A stretch of DNA of 63,767 bases, filler included, from Chiloscyllium plagiosum (Eukaryota): the NCBI RefSeq assembly GCF_004010195.1. It is 16 parts of 16 records of this genome, joined end to end, with 100 filler letters (N's around TTAATTAATTAA, not from the genome) between each part and the next. Parts side by side here need not be neighbours in the genome. Positions count along the whole stretch, not along the records: positions 1 to 3,044 come from NW_025208563.1; positions 3,145 to 8,366 come from NC_057717.1; positions 8,467 to 9,855 come from NW_025152010.1; positions 9,956 to 12,212 come from NW_025179215.1; positions 12,313 to 13,721 come from NW_025153319.1; 11 more parts are not named here. One strand, written 5' to 3'. This document shows positions 1 to 12,971 of this stretch, in pieces (position 1 is the stretch's first letter; every line of letters starts with the position of its first letter). The notes under the pieces are model-generated. The model worked only from the letters and a program-made list of their open reading frames with translations. It was not told the DNA's origin and did not search any database. Made by a program: the position numbers and the translations under genes.

Positions 1-1092
1 ACAAGAGAGCAAATTGTGAGGGAAAACCAATTATTACCAAAGGAGAGAGTGACAACTTTGAATTGCTTCTGGTGTCATCTCTGTGCCCTAACGTTTCACA
101 GTGCCAGCTCCACATCCTTCCATTGGCTTTGTCATTGAGAGTCAACAGTTCCCTTCCCAAAGCCCTTTTTAAAATACCCTGTTCCAGGGAATCACTCAGA
201 CAGAGAATATTTCACCTTTTCTGGGAAATGTTGGAGAAATATTGGATGTCGATGAGCTGCTTTCTCAGCCTTCAGGGTCTGACAGAAGGATGTGTGTAGT
301 CTGTGGATTCTGGAGACAGATCACTGAGATATTCCTCACTCCCATCAAAACCTGACTTTATCCTGACATCAGTTTGTATTCTTCAATATAAAGTACCCCC
401 ACCAGTTTCAGACTAGACATTTCACACCCAGCCCCCATTTCCTCACACTGGAATCAAGAACCAAACTTGCCCCATCTCAGGATTGCCCTCAGAATGTGGT
501 GTCAGTGTGTTAATGCTGCGTTTGAATGAAAGAGCCACAGTGGAATCTGGGACTGGATCCAAGGGGTTTCTGAGCCACCAGCAGCCTCCCCGCTGTGTGA
601 GATTCTGTTTGCATAAGATTTCAGCCCCATGGGTTCCCACTGATACGAGAACCATGGAGTGAGATTGCTGAAGCCACATGTGGACTGAGGAACACAACAG
701 TCAGGACAATGAGCTGCTCTGGAATCCACCCTGAGCCCTGGATGGTTGTCACTGAGATGGCCCAGGGGNNNNNNNNNNNNNNNNNNNNNNNNNNNNNNNN
801 NNNNNNNNNNNNNNNNNNNNNNNNNNNNNNNNNNNNNNNNNNNNNNNNNNNNNNNNNNNNNNNNNNNNNNNNNNCCAGGTCTAATTTATGGAATATTTAT
901 TACCCAAACCCTGTGGAATTGTTATTCTGAGTTCCAAGGCTCTGCTGATCATATTGATCAATAGAGTGTCCCAAGTGGCCCTGATCTGAATTGCTTGGCT
1001 CAGGATCTTGCTGTCCCTGATGGATGGGTTGGTGTGAAGGGGGAATTGCCATCAGAATATTTTGTACCAGAGATGGATCAAGTCAGTATAGT

Positions 1093-1200
1093 GGGTGATA
1101 TGGTGGCTCAGTGGTTAGCACTGCTGCCTCATAGTTCCAGGGACCTGGGTTCGATCCCTGCCTCAGGTGAATATCTCTGTGGATTTTGCACATTCTCTCC
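1093..1200 (+). mobile_element. tRNA-derived SINE head (shark HE1-like), truncated
   Basis: A-box TGGCTCAGTGG and B-box GGTTCGATCCC; same family as the copies at 57383 and 55885. Confidence 0.7.
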
Positions 1201-2045
1201 AAATACGAATCAAATGCTGCATGGAATATTTACTTTGCAAACCCTGTGGTATCATTATTCTGGGTAGCAAGATCCTGCTGGTCAAATTGCAAACTGAACT
1301 GCTTGGCTCAGGATCTTGCTGTGCTGAAAGGATGTGTTGGTGTTCAGTGGAATTCCCATCAGAATATTGCGTTCCCCATTGCCCCCTCTATTCTCCCCTT
1401 CCTGCTCCATACCTGCGGGGGTGGGGCTTTTCACTTCATACACCTATCCCTGAGGACTCAGCTCTGGCCATTTCCAAAGCACTCACGAGACAGAGACTGA
1501 ATCTTCTTCATCTTTATTCCCTTTTCCAGATTGACATTGACAGAAAACCGTCAGCAATTATCAGCCCAGACAGAGGAAGCTGCACAAATTCACAGCCACA
1601 ATGGAGCTTGAGGAAAACACTTGTGGAGATTTTCTCAATAACCTGAGAATCCTGTCCCTTTAAACAGTGACAAAACCTTAAATTGGAACTGGCGGCTGAG
1701 CAGGAAGGAGGACTGTTTTACTGAAACAGAGACTTCTGAGGTCCACATTGTTTTTGCACAGCTGACAGTCTTTAGCATCTTCGAGAGGTTTTACTTGACA
1801 TCGCAAGTCAACACTGTCCCCATCAAACACATCCAGGTCAGGGAAAGCATGGGGCTCGATAAAGTGTAAGGTTTTCTCTACACTATCCCAATGACCTGCC
1901 TTAACCCCTGAAGCTCAGAAGTGTCTCCAAGCCAGTCCTGAGAAAGAAGGGAGTTGAAATTCAGTGCTGACAATGACCTTTGTCCTGCCAGATCAGCCCT
2001 GTTCTATTTAAAGTTGTGTCTCCTCGATGGACTGTCTTGAACACT

Positions 2046-2374
2046 CTACACACACTCTGATCTCCTGATGCTCTTGCTGAGGGGAGAGGGGAGGGTCACA
2101 TGGGTGAGGGCACAGGAGAAGCGAGCGTTGGACTCCCAGTCAGACCCAGAGAGGGTCAGCAGGCTGCTGACACTGTAGGTGCTGTCCGAAGCTCGCAGGT
2201 AGTTACTGGTCTGAACCCCGTCCGAAATGACTGCACCGTCCTTCTTCCACTGCACCTCCAGCTCATCGGGATAGAAGTGATTGGCAAGGCACACCAGGGT
2301 AGCAGTGCCCTTGGCATTGACCTGCTCCGGGGAGGGGGGCAGCAGGGCCAGCTTGGGCTGAGAGTTGTCACGGC
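2046..2374 (-). CDS. IGKC: Ig kappa (shark NS4-type) light-chain constant exon, intact
   Basis: ttcag| acceptor, then (S)RDNSQPKLALLPPSPEQVNAKGTATLVCLANHFYPDELEVQWKKDG...FSCALTHVTLPSPLSKSIRRSECV*. C1-set Cys/Trp/Cys and penultimate Cys present; AATAAA on minus at 1513-1518. Confidence 0.93.
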
Positions 2375-3044
2375 CTGAAAGACAAGAGAAACAATTTTAA
2401 TCCCTGCTTTTTGAAGGTACATCAACTCTCTGAACAGTAACTGGTAAAACATTTCAACATTTGTATCCAGTACCAAGCATACCTGACAAAAGCACTGGCA
2501 TTTTAAAAATTGCTTTTTGGGACATGTACGGCACTGGCAGAGCCAGTTGCTGCCTATCCCTAAGTGTCCCTGAGAAGGTGATGGTGACACAGCAGAAAGA
2601 GAAGGGACAGTCCTGGACCATCATTTAAGGAATGAATGTGGGCACCTGGAAGGGCTATCAATGTGGGAGCATTTTAGTGACAGTGATCGGAACTCAGTGA
2701 GATTGAGAATCGGGATGGAAAGGGAGAACCATGGAGCAAGTGTAAAAGTTTTCATTTGGGAACAACCCATTTTACCAAACTGTGTGGTAATTTGATAAAA
2801 GAGTACTGGAACCATCGACTTAATGGGAGATCAGTGACAGGGCAGTGGGAGGCCTCCGAGGATGAGACCGAGACAGAGATCATTCAGAATCTGTTCCCAA
2901 AAGAGTAAGAGTGGCATTCCCAAAGAGAGAGTCTCAGTAAAGATGTGAAACTATCGATATGATGTGGAGGCTCTGGTGTCGAATGGGGTGGACATGTTCA
3001 GGAGTCACATCACACCAGGTTACAGTCCAACAGGTTAATTTAAA

Positions 3045-3144
3045 NNNNNNNNNNNNNNNNNNNNNNNNNNNNNNNNNNNNNNNNNNNNTTAATTAATTAA
3101 NNNNNNNNNNNNNNNNNNNNNNNNNNNNNNNNNNNNNNNNNNNN
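3045..3144. other. Artificial contig linker (44N-TTAATTAATTAA-44N); first of 15
   Basis: Identical 100-bp linkers start at 3045, 8367, 9856, 12213, 13722, 23922, 28909, 37322, 38802, 40455, 42862, 45143, 58092, 60981 and 62114. The core has stops in all six frames. Confidence 0.97.
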
Positions 3145-4385
3145 TCCCAGACCATCCATAACCTCATCACCTCAGGGGATCTCCCATCCACCGCCACCAA
3201 CCTCATAGTCCCACAACCCCGCACCGCCCGTTTCTACCTCCTGCCCAAAAGCCACAAACCTGACTGCCCAGGCCGAACCATTGTCCCAGCCTGCTCCTGC
3301 CCCACCGAACTCATCTCTGCATACAACGACACGGTCCTGTCCCCCTGAGTCCAAGACCTCCCCACCCACGTTCGGGACACCACCCACGCTCTCCAACTGC
3401 TCCATGATTTTCGCTTCCCCGGTCCCCAACGCCTTATCTTCACCATGGACATCCAGTCCCTGTACACCTCCATCCCCCATCATGAAGGACTCAAATCTCT
3501 CCGCTTCTTCCTTTCCCGCCGTACCAACCAGTACCCTTCCACTGACCCCCTCCTTCAACTGACTGAACTGGTCCTCACCCTGAACAACTTCTCTTTCCAA
3601 TCCTCCCACTTCCTCCAAACCAAAGGAGTAGCCATGGGCACCCGCATGGGCCCCAGCTATGCCTGCCTCTTCGTAGGATATGTGGAACAGTCCATCTTCC
3701 GCAGCTACACTGGCACCACCCCCGACCTTTTCCTCCGCTACATCATTGACTGTTTCAGCGCTGCCTCGTGATCCCACGAGGAGGTTGAACAGTTCATCCA
3801 CTTTACCAACACCTTCTACCCCGACCTCAAATTCACCTGGATCGTCTCAGACTCCTCCCTCCTCTTCCGAGACCTTTCCATTTCTATCTCGGGCGGCCGA
3901 ATCAACACGGACACTAACTATAAACCGACCGACTCCCACAACGACCTAGACTACACCTCCTCCCACCCTGCCCCCTGTAAAAACGCCATCCCATATTCCC
4001 AATTCCTTCGTCTCCGCCGCATCTGCTCCCAGGAGGAACAGTTCCAATACCGTACAACCCAGATGGTCTCCTTCTTCAAAGACTGCAATTTCGCCCCAGA
4101 CGTGGTCGACGATGCCCTCCACCGCATCTCCTCCACATCACGCTCCTCCGCCCTTATGCCCCGAGCCCCCAACCGCCATCAGGACAGAACCCCACTGGTC
4201 CTCACCTACCACCCCACCATCCTTCATATACAGCGTATCATCCGCCGTCATTTCCGCCATCTATTTCCCTCCCCTCCCTCTCATCGTTCCGAAAAGACCA
4301 TTCCCTCCGTGACTCCCTCGTAAGGTCCACACCCCCCACCAACTCAACCTCCACTCCCGGCACCTTCCCCTGCAACCGCAAGAAA
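3145..4385 (+). mobile_element. Penelope-like retroelement, degenerate reverse transcriptase region
   Basis: MDIQSLYTSIPH, QTKGVAMGTRMGPSYACLF and FLRYI(I)D motifs are typical of PLE RT; in-frame stops present. Confidence 0.85.
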
Positions 4386-4460
4386 NNNNNNNNNNNNNNN
4401 NNNNNNNNNNNNNNNNNNNNNNNNNNNNNNNNNNNNNNNNNNNNNNNGCTGGAGATCAGA

Positions 4461-4938
4461 GCTGAAAATGTGTTGCTGGAAAAGCGCAGCAGGTCAGGCA
4501 GCATCCAAGTAGCAGGAGAATCGACGTTTCGGGCATGAGCCCTTTTTCAGGAATGAGGAAAGTGTGTCCAGCAGGCTAAGATAAAAGGTAGGGAGGAGGG
4601 ACTTGGGGGAGGGGCGTTGGAAATGCGATAGGTGGAAGGAGGTCAAGGTGAGGGTGATAGGTCGGAGTGGGGTGGGGGCGGAGAGGTCCACCCCACTCCG
4701 GCTTCTTCCTGACCTCTCCGCCCCCACCCCATTCCGGCCTATCACCCTCACCTTGACCTCCTTCCACCTATCGCATTTCCAACGCCCCTCCCCCAAGTCC
4801 CTCCTCCCTACCTTTTATCTTAGCCTGCTGGACACACTTTCCTCATTCCTGAAGAAGGGCTTATGCCCGAAACGTCGGTTCTCCTGTTCCTTGGATGCTG
4901 CCTGACCCGCTGCGCTTTTCCAGCTACACATTTTCAGC
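4461..4938. repeat. Inverted repeat of Penelope terminal (pLTR) sequence; ~228-bp arms 4461-4688 and 4711-4938
   Basis: The arms are near-perfect reverse complements, which explains the mirror ORFs 4494-4796(-) and 4603-4905(+). Confidence 0.85.
4849..4880 (+). ncRNA. Minimal hammerhead-ribozyme-like motif in Penelope pLTR
   Basis: CTGAAGA-A-GGGC-ttat-GCCC-GAAAC-GTC gives the core boxes plus stem II. Copies at ~4522-4552(-), ~34076-34105(-) and ~46126-46156(+). Confidence 0.65.
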
Positions 4939-5534
4939 AGTGATCTTTCAGAGTCTATTTAATCATGACAGGCATGAGTAGAACAAATTGAAAAGGTCTT
5001 TTCCATATTTGGGGAATTCCAGAACTACAGGACACAGGTTTAGTTTGGTAGGATAAATATATAAAAGGAAACCATGCGGCAACATTTTCACGCTGATTGT
5101 GGTCAGTGTATCGAATGAAAGAGGTGGTGGAAAAAAATCAAATTACAGCATTTAAAAGGCATCTGGATGGATGTCTGAATGGGAAGACTGTAGCTGTCCA
5201 TAGGCCAAGTGCTGGCAAATAGGAATAGATGAGGTTCGGGTATCTGGTCGGCATGGACGAGTGTGACTGAACGGTCTGTTTAAGTGCGGTAATCTCTGTG
5301 ATTCTTCAAAATCAGTGTTGTCATCAACACAGCTCACCACGCCGTCTATTCCACTTTTTAAAAAATCAACGCACTGCTATGCCATGCAGAGTGGGCTTCA
5401 CATTAGTATGACAGGGCAGCGTAACATCGAGGGCCTGTACTGCGCTGTACTGTTCTATGTTCTATGATTCACTCTGATTTCTCTCCGGGGGTACTGCCAG
5501 CTGTTGGGTATTTCCAGCAGCACGGCACCTAGTG

Positions 5535-5846
5535 GGGTGGCACGCTGGTTCCGTGGTTACCGCTGCTGCCGCACAGTGCTAGGGACTCAGGTTCCATTCC
5601 AGCCGCGGGTGACTGTCTGTGTGGAGTTGGAACTTTCTCCCCATGTCTTTGTGCATTTCCTCCAACAGTCCACATATGTGCAAGCTGGGGAAATTGCAAA
5701 TGTTGTATTCAGTGATTGGGAGTTTAGGTGCATTCGTCAGGGTTAACTGTAGCATAATAGGGTCGGGGAATGGATCTGCATGCGTTACTTTTCAGAGGGT
5801 GGGTGTGGACTTGTTGGGACAAATGGCCTGTTTGCACACACTGTAG
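5535..5846 (+). mobile_element. tRNA-derived SINE, diverged
   Basis: Homologous to the SINE at 57383-57714. Confidence 0.65.
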
Positions 5847-6196
5847 AATTTCGATGAATCTGCATTTCCTTGGTTTGTATTTTGTGAAACGTCTCCTCTC
5901 TTCACAGCAATCCAGTGAAAGTGTCAGTTGGTGAGATCTTCAAACAGTTACTGGGGTGGGAACAGGATGTTCTTCTTCCTAAATTGTATGACAATGGTCA
6001 AGGTCGAAGGCATGTTTCTAAAGAGGGAACCAATGATCATGAGCAGCAACTGGTAGGAAACCAAAATAAACCCCAGTTATGCTGTAGACTTCAGCGGGAG
6101 CATACTGGCAAACGTTTACAGCTGAGGATACATTTGAATAACAGATAAGGTCAAATTAACAGAAACTAACATGCTCAATTGGTCATTCTATTGAAG

Positions 6197-6502
6197 AGAC
6201 ACCGTCTCCCCCCACGCTTTATGGCCTGGTCTCCTCCTGTCAGGAGCACAACACCGGTTCTGTGATCTTTGGTTGTTTGGCGATGTACAATTCCCCTGAC
6301 ATCACCAATGTAACCTGGAAGAAAGGTGGGGAGCTAATCACGACTGGATTGAGGACTTACCCCTCAGTGAGAAACAAGAAGGGAACCTACACCCTGAGCA
6401 GCCAGTTAACCCTGCCCGGGTCAGCGGTAGGTTGCCCCAGCAAAATCTACTGTGAGGTTCAACACAGCGGGTCACACAAGAGTAAAGTAATGCCATGTCC
6501 AG
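6197..6502 (+). CDS. IGHM: IgM heavy-chain C-mu1 exon (copy 1)
   Basis: 306-bp phase-1 exon, gaag| acceptor and |gtaagt donor; [30 protein letters not shown]...VTWKKGG...[11 protein letters not shown]...[10 protein letters not shown]. Confidence 0.88.
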
Positions 6503-6559
6503 GTAAGTGTTGTGGGAACTTTGATAAACAGATCAGCTGTGATTAACATTAATAAGGCA

Positions 6560-7700
6560 TTATTTATAAACGTTTTCACAGAATATCCTTTTCCAGCACA
6601 GGAAAAAGGCCCTTTGATCCACCCAATTCACGCCTATCAATAACAGCCACCTAACTATTCCTTTCTCATGTGCCAGCACATGATCTATTGCCTTGTGTGA
6701 CTTGCTCTTGCAAGGATACTTCATAGTTATTATGAGGGGCTCAGTCTCTACATGACTTATAGGTGCTGAGCTCCAGGCTAACACCACCCTCGGTTTGATT
6801 TTGTTTTCCCCTGAGATCCACTTGGAATCTCCTGGCCTTACCTTCACCCTGTGCCCCTGAGGCATTGATCTCTTCATCAAGGGGAAAGGTTTCATCCAGT
6901 TTACCCTGTCTATGCCTAAAATAATTCTAGACATCATGATAATCTTCTCCCTAATTCTCATCTGCTCTAAGGAAAACCCCTGTCTATCTAATCTAGTTTC
7001 ATAATTAAAACCCTCCAACCCAGGCAAGATCCTGGCAAATCTCATCAATACTGCCTTCAGTGCAATCACATTCCTTCGATAACACGCACACAACGCTTCA
7101 GTATGGCCTAACCAGTGTTTTATTAAGTTCCAGTATCATCTCACCACTCTTCATTGTCAATGTCTAGGCTAATAAAAGCAAATATCCTCCCACTTTCTTA
7201 GCCTCTTTATCCAGACGACACAGTACTATAGGGGATCGGTGGGTATATGCACCAAAGATCCTCAGGCCTTTCCAGGGTTCCACCATTCAAAACGTCATAA
7301 CTCACAGATTCTTCTGCCGAATTACGTCACCTTACATTTATTCAGAATAATTTCCATTTGCAACTTTTCTCTTCACATACAACCAACCCTTTTATATCCT
7401 CCTGCAATCTAAAGCCATTATGTGCATGACTTACCAACATGACAGTTTTCATTTCATCTGTGAATTCACTGGTTAATCCTCCTAAATTTGAGTCTCAAAC
7501 ATTGGTATGTAAGAGAAATAGCACGGAAATCAACACTAATCCCTACAGAACACCAGGGGACATAGATTTCCAGTCACGCAGACACCCGATGACTATTATC
7601 CCCAGCTCCCCTCACTCAGCCAGTTCTAGATCCAATCTGTCAAATTAACTCGGATCGCATTGGCTCTGATTATTGCTATCATCTGGACATCGAGTTATCT
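6560..7700 (-). mobile_element. Old CR1-type LINE fragment in the intron after C-mu1 (shared by paralogous clusters)
   Basis: Degenerate CR1 ORF2 C-terminus; homologous to 41120-42137, 26880-27800 and 8750-9230. Confidence 0.7.
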
Positions 7701-7799
7701 CTATGAAAACTACTATTAAATTGTTACACATGACTTCCTCTCAATAAAACCGTGCTGAAAATTGTTGATTTATCTTCCAAATGAAGACTAATTTCACTT

Positions 7800-8366
7800 C
7801 AGTATTACAGCTGTGGAAAGGACGATGGATGAAGACTCGCCATCTGAGGTAGTTTGGGCTAAGGTTAGGAATAGGAAAGGTGAGCCCACCCTGTTAGGAG
7901 TTTTTTACAGACCTCCTAATAGTCCTAGAAATGTAGAAGAAAGGATTGAGAGGATGATTCAAGAGAAGAGTGAAAGTAATAGGGTGGTTGTTATGGGGGA
8001 CTTTAACTTTACTGATATTGATTGGGAAAGCTATAGCTCAAGTTCGTTAGATTGGTCAGTGTTTGTCCAATGTGTGCAGGAGGGTTTCCTGACACAATAT
8101 GTAGATAGACCAACAAGAGGTGAGGCCATACTTGATTTGGTTCTGGGTAATGAACCAGGCCAGGTGTTAGAATTAGAGGTAGGTGAGCACTTTGGGGACA
8201 GTGACCACAATTCGGTGACTTTTACTCTAGTGATGGAGAGGGATAAGTGTGCACTACAGGACAAGAGTTATAGCTGGGGGCAGGGAAATTAGGATGCGTG
8301 GCTTGGAAAAGTAGGCTTCAAGGCAAGGGCGTAATTGATATGTGGAACTTGTTCAAGGAGCAACTA
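7800..8366 (+). mobile_element. CR1-type LINE ORF2 AP-endonuclease fragment
   Basis: GVFYRPPNS, VVMGDFN, PTRGEAILDLVL and GDSDHN motifs. Confidence 0.88.
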
Positions 8367-9313
8367 NNNNNNNNNNNNNNNNNNNNNNNNNNNNNNNNNN
8401 NNNNNNNNNNTTAATTAATTAANNNNNNNNNNNNNNNNNNNNNNNNNNNNNNNNNNNNNNNNNNNNATAGGTATAAGGTAAGAGGGGAAAGATAGAAAAC
8501 AGACCTATGGGGCAAATTTTTCACACAGAGGGTGGTACGCGTATGGAATGAGCTGCCAGAGGAATTGATGGAGGCTGGTACAATTGCAACATTTAAGAGG
8601 CATTTGGATGGGTATATGAATAGGAAGGGTTTGGAGGGATATGGGCCGGGTGCTGGCAGGTGAGACTAGATTGTGTTGGGATATTCAGTTGGCATGGACG
8701 GGTTGGACTGAAGGGTCTGTTTCCATGCTGTTCATCTCTATGACTCTATGAATGTGATTACACTGAAGGCAGCATTGATGAGATTTGCCAGGATTTTGCC
8801 TGGATTGGTTTAGTTATGAAACTAGATTAGATAGACGGGGGTTTTCCTTGGAACAGAGGAGAATTAGGGAGAAGATTATCATGATATCTGGAATTATTTT
8901 AGGCATATTCAGGGTAAACTGGACGAAACCTTTCCCCTTGATGGAGAGATCAATGCCTCAGGAGCACAGGATGAAGGTAAGGCCAGGAGGTTCCAAGTAG
9001 ATCTCGGGGGAAACAAAATCAAACAGAAGGTGATGGGAGTCTGGAGCTCAGTGCCTACAAGTCATGTAGAGACTAAGCCCCTCATAATATGTATGAAGTA
9101 TTTAGACGCATACTTGCAAAGGCAAGCCACAGAAGGCAATGGATCAAGTGTTGGCACAATGAGATTGGAATAGGTGGCTATTATTGATAGGTGTGGACTG
9201 GATGGACCAAAGGGCCTTTTTCCTGTGCTGATTCTGTGAAAACTGTTATATATAATGTCTTATTCATGTAAATCCACAGATGCTCTGTTTATCTCAGTTC
9301 CCACAACACTTAC

Positions 9314-9619
9314 CAACACATGGCATTTCTTTGCTCTTGTGTGACCCGCTGTGTTGAACCTCACAGTAGATTTCACTGGGGAAATCTACCGCTGACCCAG
9401 GCAGGGTTAACTGGCTGCTCAGGGTGTAGGTTCCCTTCTTGTTTCTCACTGATGGGTAAGTCTTCAATCCAGTCGTGATCAGCTCCTCACCTTTCTTCCA
9501 GGTTACCTTGGTGACGTCAGGGGAATAGTCCATCGCCAAACAACCAAAGATCATAGAACCGGTGTTGTGCTCCTGACAGGAAGAGACCAGGCCATAAAGT
9601 GTGGGGGGAGACGGTGTCT
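9314..9619 (-). CDS. IGHM: IgM C-mu1 exon (copy 2), intact splice sites
   Basis: tgtag| acceptor, |gtaagt donor, 306 bp, open frame with both domain cysteines. Confidence 0.88.
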
Positions 9620-10446
9620 CTACAATAGAATGACCAATTGAGCATGTTAGTTTCTGTTAATTTGACCTTATCAAATGTATCCTCATCTGTAAGTGTTTGC
9701 CAGTATGCACCCGCTGAAGTTTACAGCATAACTGGAGTTTATTTTTGTTTCCTACCAATTGCTGGCCCTCTACCTTGACCATTACCATAATTTAGGAAGA
9801 AGAACATCCTGATCCCACACCTGTATCTGTTTGAAGATCTCACCAACTGACACTTNNNNNNNNNNNNNNNNNNNNNNNNNNNNNNNNNNNNNNNNNNNNT
9901 TAATTAATTAANNNNNNNNNNNNNNNNNNNNNNNNNNNNNNNNNNNNNNNNNNNNAACGAGTCAAGTTTCCCAAACAAAGGCATGATGGACCAAATGCTT
10001 CCCTCACTGAAAGGTGCCTGTTGTGAGCAAGTTTCTTCACGATCATGCTTTACTCCCATTGCCACTGAAATAACCCGACAGAAGCTAGCATTCACTCACC
10101 AAGTCACCCTTTATTTACACAAGAACAGTCCTAGACTTTAGTAGTACCTAATTCAGATTCAGCTGCCAGACCCTCAATCCCTCTGACACTCATACTTTTT
10201 TTAATGTCAGTCAGGACTCCCTGATTGGATCAGGTTAATGGCCCAATCAGAGGCCTCCTATTGATGCTAATGGAAATCTGGAGTTCTCTAACCAAATTGC
10301 TGTAAGTGCTGAGGATCAATTGAATATTTCCAGCCTGAGGTCAGGAGGGTTTTGTTGGGGAAAAGCAGCAAAAGACATGGAGCAGGAATGGGTAAAGGGA
10401 ATGATGGACAGATCAGAGCAACCTCAATGAGTGGTGGAACAGACAG

Positions 10447-10516
10447 GACACACACACACACACAGACACACACACACACAGACACACACACACACACACA
10501 GACACACACAGACACA
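10447..10516. repeat. (CA)n/(CACAGA) microsatellite
   Basis: Direct observation. Confidence 0.9.
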
Positions 10517-10530
10517 TTCCAGTCCCTTAC

Positions 10531-10809
10531 CCCACTGATAGAGCTGGGCCTCTGCCAGGCTGCTGTGTTCAATTTGACAGGAGTATTGATCCTCATCCCC
10601 AGCATTGATCTCAATCTCTTTCTGGATCTGATGGGTCCCATCGTGGTTCGGTCGAACCCCCGAGGATTGGGTCTCAGACATGACCTCTCCATTCCTTAGC
10701 CAGGTCACCTCGATGTCTACAGGATAAAACCCAGTGACCAGGCAGGAGAGAGTGAGCGGCTTGTCCTGACGATTGGGCTCCCTCCTGGAGATGAACACTT
10801 CAGGCTGAA
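10531..10809 (-). CDS. Non-classical MHC class I alpha3 exon (copy 1)
   Basis: 279-bp exon with cag|...|gtaagg; VQPEVFIS...LSCLVTGFYPVDIEVTWLRNG...GVRPNHDGTHQIQKEI...YSCQIEHSSL, a class I alpha3 signature. Confidence 0.9.
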
Positions 10810-10925
10810 CTGTGATGGGAAAGGGTGAAACCACAAACAACAGACAGACACTGAATGGAATGGGAGAACGGTTTCATAGATCAGTGAGGTTAGATCAGAA
10901 CATGGAGCAAAACTGAAATACATAC

Positions 10926-11201
10926 CTTTCCTTCTGAAATATTCCTTTCCAGCTTCCAGATATCTCTTTAAATGCTCAACAAAGATTCCATGCAGCTGTG
11001 TTTCCCAGTAATTGTTCCAGGATTCATCGGAATCCCATTCCTCTTTCGTCATCACTGCAAAGTGATTGGTTGCGATCCATCTCATTCTGTCTGGGTCTAA
11101 ACTGATATAATCCTTTCCATTGAATCCAAATCTCATTGATCTCTTCACAGAGCCACCATCACTGACCTCAACAGAATGCATCCATTGGAGAGTGTGAATT
11201 C
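10926..11201 (-). CDS. Non-classical MHC class I alpha2 exon (copy 1), no cysteines
   Basis: 276-bp exon; GIHTLQWMHSVEV...FGFNGKDYISL...TKEEWD...VEHLKRYLEAGKEYF aligns with class I alpha2; 116-bp intron to alpha3. Confidence 0.88.
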
Positions 11202-11774
11202 CTGTCAGTGACCAAACAGGGATCAATCATCAGTGATTAATTGTGAACTGAAACTGAGAAATGCAGTCTGATCAAAGCGGATTGGGGATCTCGTATCAGG
11301 CCCAGGGTGAGGGGGTTACACACGGTGCTAATCCCCGGGGCCTGTGCTGTCAGAGGGTCCCAGACTCAGGCAGCACTGCCCCTTTCTCCAGTGGCTGCCT
11401 CACCCCTCAACCTGGAGCAGATAAGGAACGGGCTCTCTGATCCGGGTCAAACTTCCAGCGTTCACATTCCCACTGTCCTGGAGTGATTGTTCTAGTCCGT
11501 GTTGTCATTTATTTCAATCACAGGCTGCATTCTGGGGGAATGTAGTCAATATCTGTCTGTTACCACCCTGTCAGCCTCCACAAATGGACTGTGACCATTC
11601 AAATCTTTCTCTTTTATGTCCCTCCTGTTCTCGATTCACGGTTATATGATTACTGATTGGGAAATATCTGAACTACCAATAGTATATAGGTCATGAATAA
11701 TAGGAATGATCGTTATCCAATTAGTTTCTTTATTAGCTCTTTATATTTCTTCATTCCTCACTTTCTGTGTTTTG

Positions 11775-12070
11775 ATTAGATTAGATTCCCTACAGTGTTG
11801 AAACAGGCCCTTTGGCCCAACAAGTCCACACTGACCCTCCAAAGAGTAACCCACCCAGACCCATTTCCCTCTGACTAATGCACCTGGCACTATGGGCAAT
11901 TTAGCATGGCCAATTCACCTAACTTGCACATCTTTAGACTGTGGGAGGAAACCGGGAGCATCTGGAGGAAACCCACACAGACACGGGCAGAACGTGCAAA
12001 CAGGAATCGAACCTGGGACCCTGGTGCTGTGAGGCATCAATGCTAACCACTGAGCCACCATGTCACCCAG
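11775..12070 (-). mobile_element. tRNA-derived SINE
   Basis: Reverse complement of TGGTGGCTCAGTGGTTAGCA...GGTTCGATTCC with a (TCTAA)n tail. Confidence 0.8.
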
Positions 12071-12971
12071 TGGTGACAAGTATTATATTTCTGTGATACA
12101 CTTAGAGTGCTCTTATTAAATACATTTCCAATAAGTTACCAAAACTATTTTTTTCATTTGCACTTGACCTGACCACATGCACACTATTTCATGAAAATTA
12201 ACAATGGACTGTNNNNNNNNNNNNNNNNNNNNNNNNNNNNNNNNNNNNNNNNNNNNTTAATTAATTAANNNNNNNNNNNNNNNNNNNNNNNNNNNNNNNN
12301 NNNNNNNNNNNNGTGAATTAGTTGAGACATTTCAGATAATCAGAGTTTGGACAGTGAGAGCCTGTTTCCTCAGATGATGCTGGCTGGCACAAGGAGACAT
12401 AGCTTTAAATTGAGGGATGATAGATAAAAGGGCAGATGTCAGAGGTAGTTTTTTTACCCAGAGTTTAGCAAGGGCATGGAATGCCCTGCCAGCAACAGTA
12501 GTAGACGCACCAACATTGAGGGAATTTAAATGGTCATTTGATAAGCATATGGATGAAAATGGCATAGTACAGGTCAGATAGGCTTCTGATTGGTTTCACA
12601 GGTTGGTGCAACATCGAGGGCCAAAGGGCCTGTACTGTGCTGGAATGTTCTATGAAGCCTTGAATGCAACAGAATCTTCTTGTATTTCGGATGAGGTTAT
12701 TTAGGAGTGAAATCGATGAGTACTTCACCAATCACAGGGCCCCTGGGAATCTGGGATTCTCTATCAAATGGCTGTGGAAGCTCAGGATCCAGAGAACTTT
12801 TCAAACTTAGAATTAGGATATTTAACTCGGTGAGACCAACACAAGATATCAACATAGTGAGCAAGGTGGGTACTTGCAGGTGAATAGTGAATCAGTGTCC
12901 TCTGAATTGTCTAATCTGGCTCTGTCTCTCTGTCTCTCACACACACACACACACACTCTCCAGTCCCTTAC

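Noticed and set aside
1-768. Short ORFs at the window start
   Set aside because: No recognisable domain or exon structure.
3089-3100. Recurrent TTAATTAATTAA as a biological repeat
   Set aside because: Always centred between 44-N blocks; it is an artificial six-frame-stop linker.
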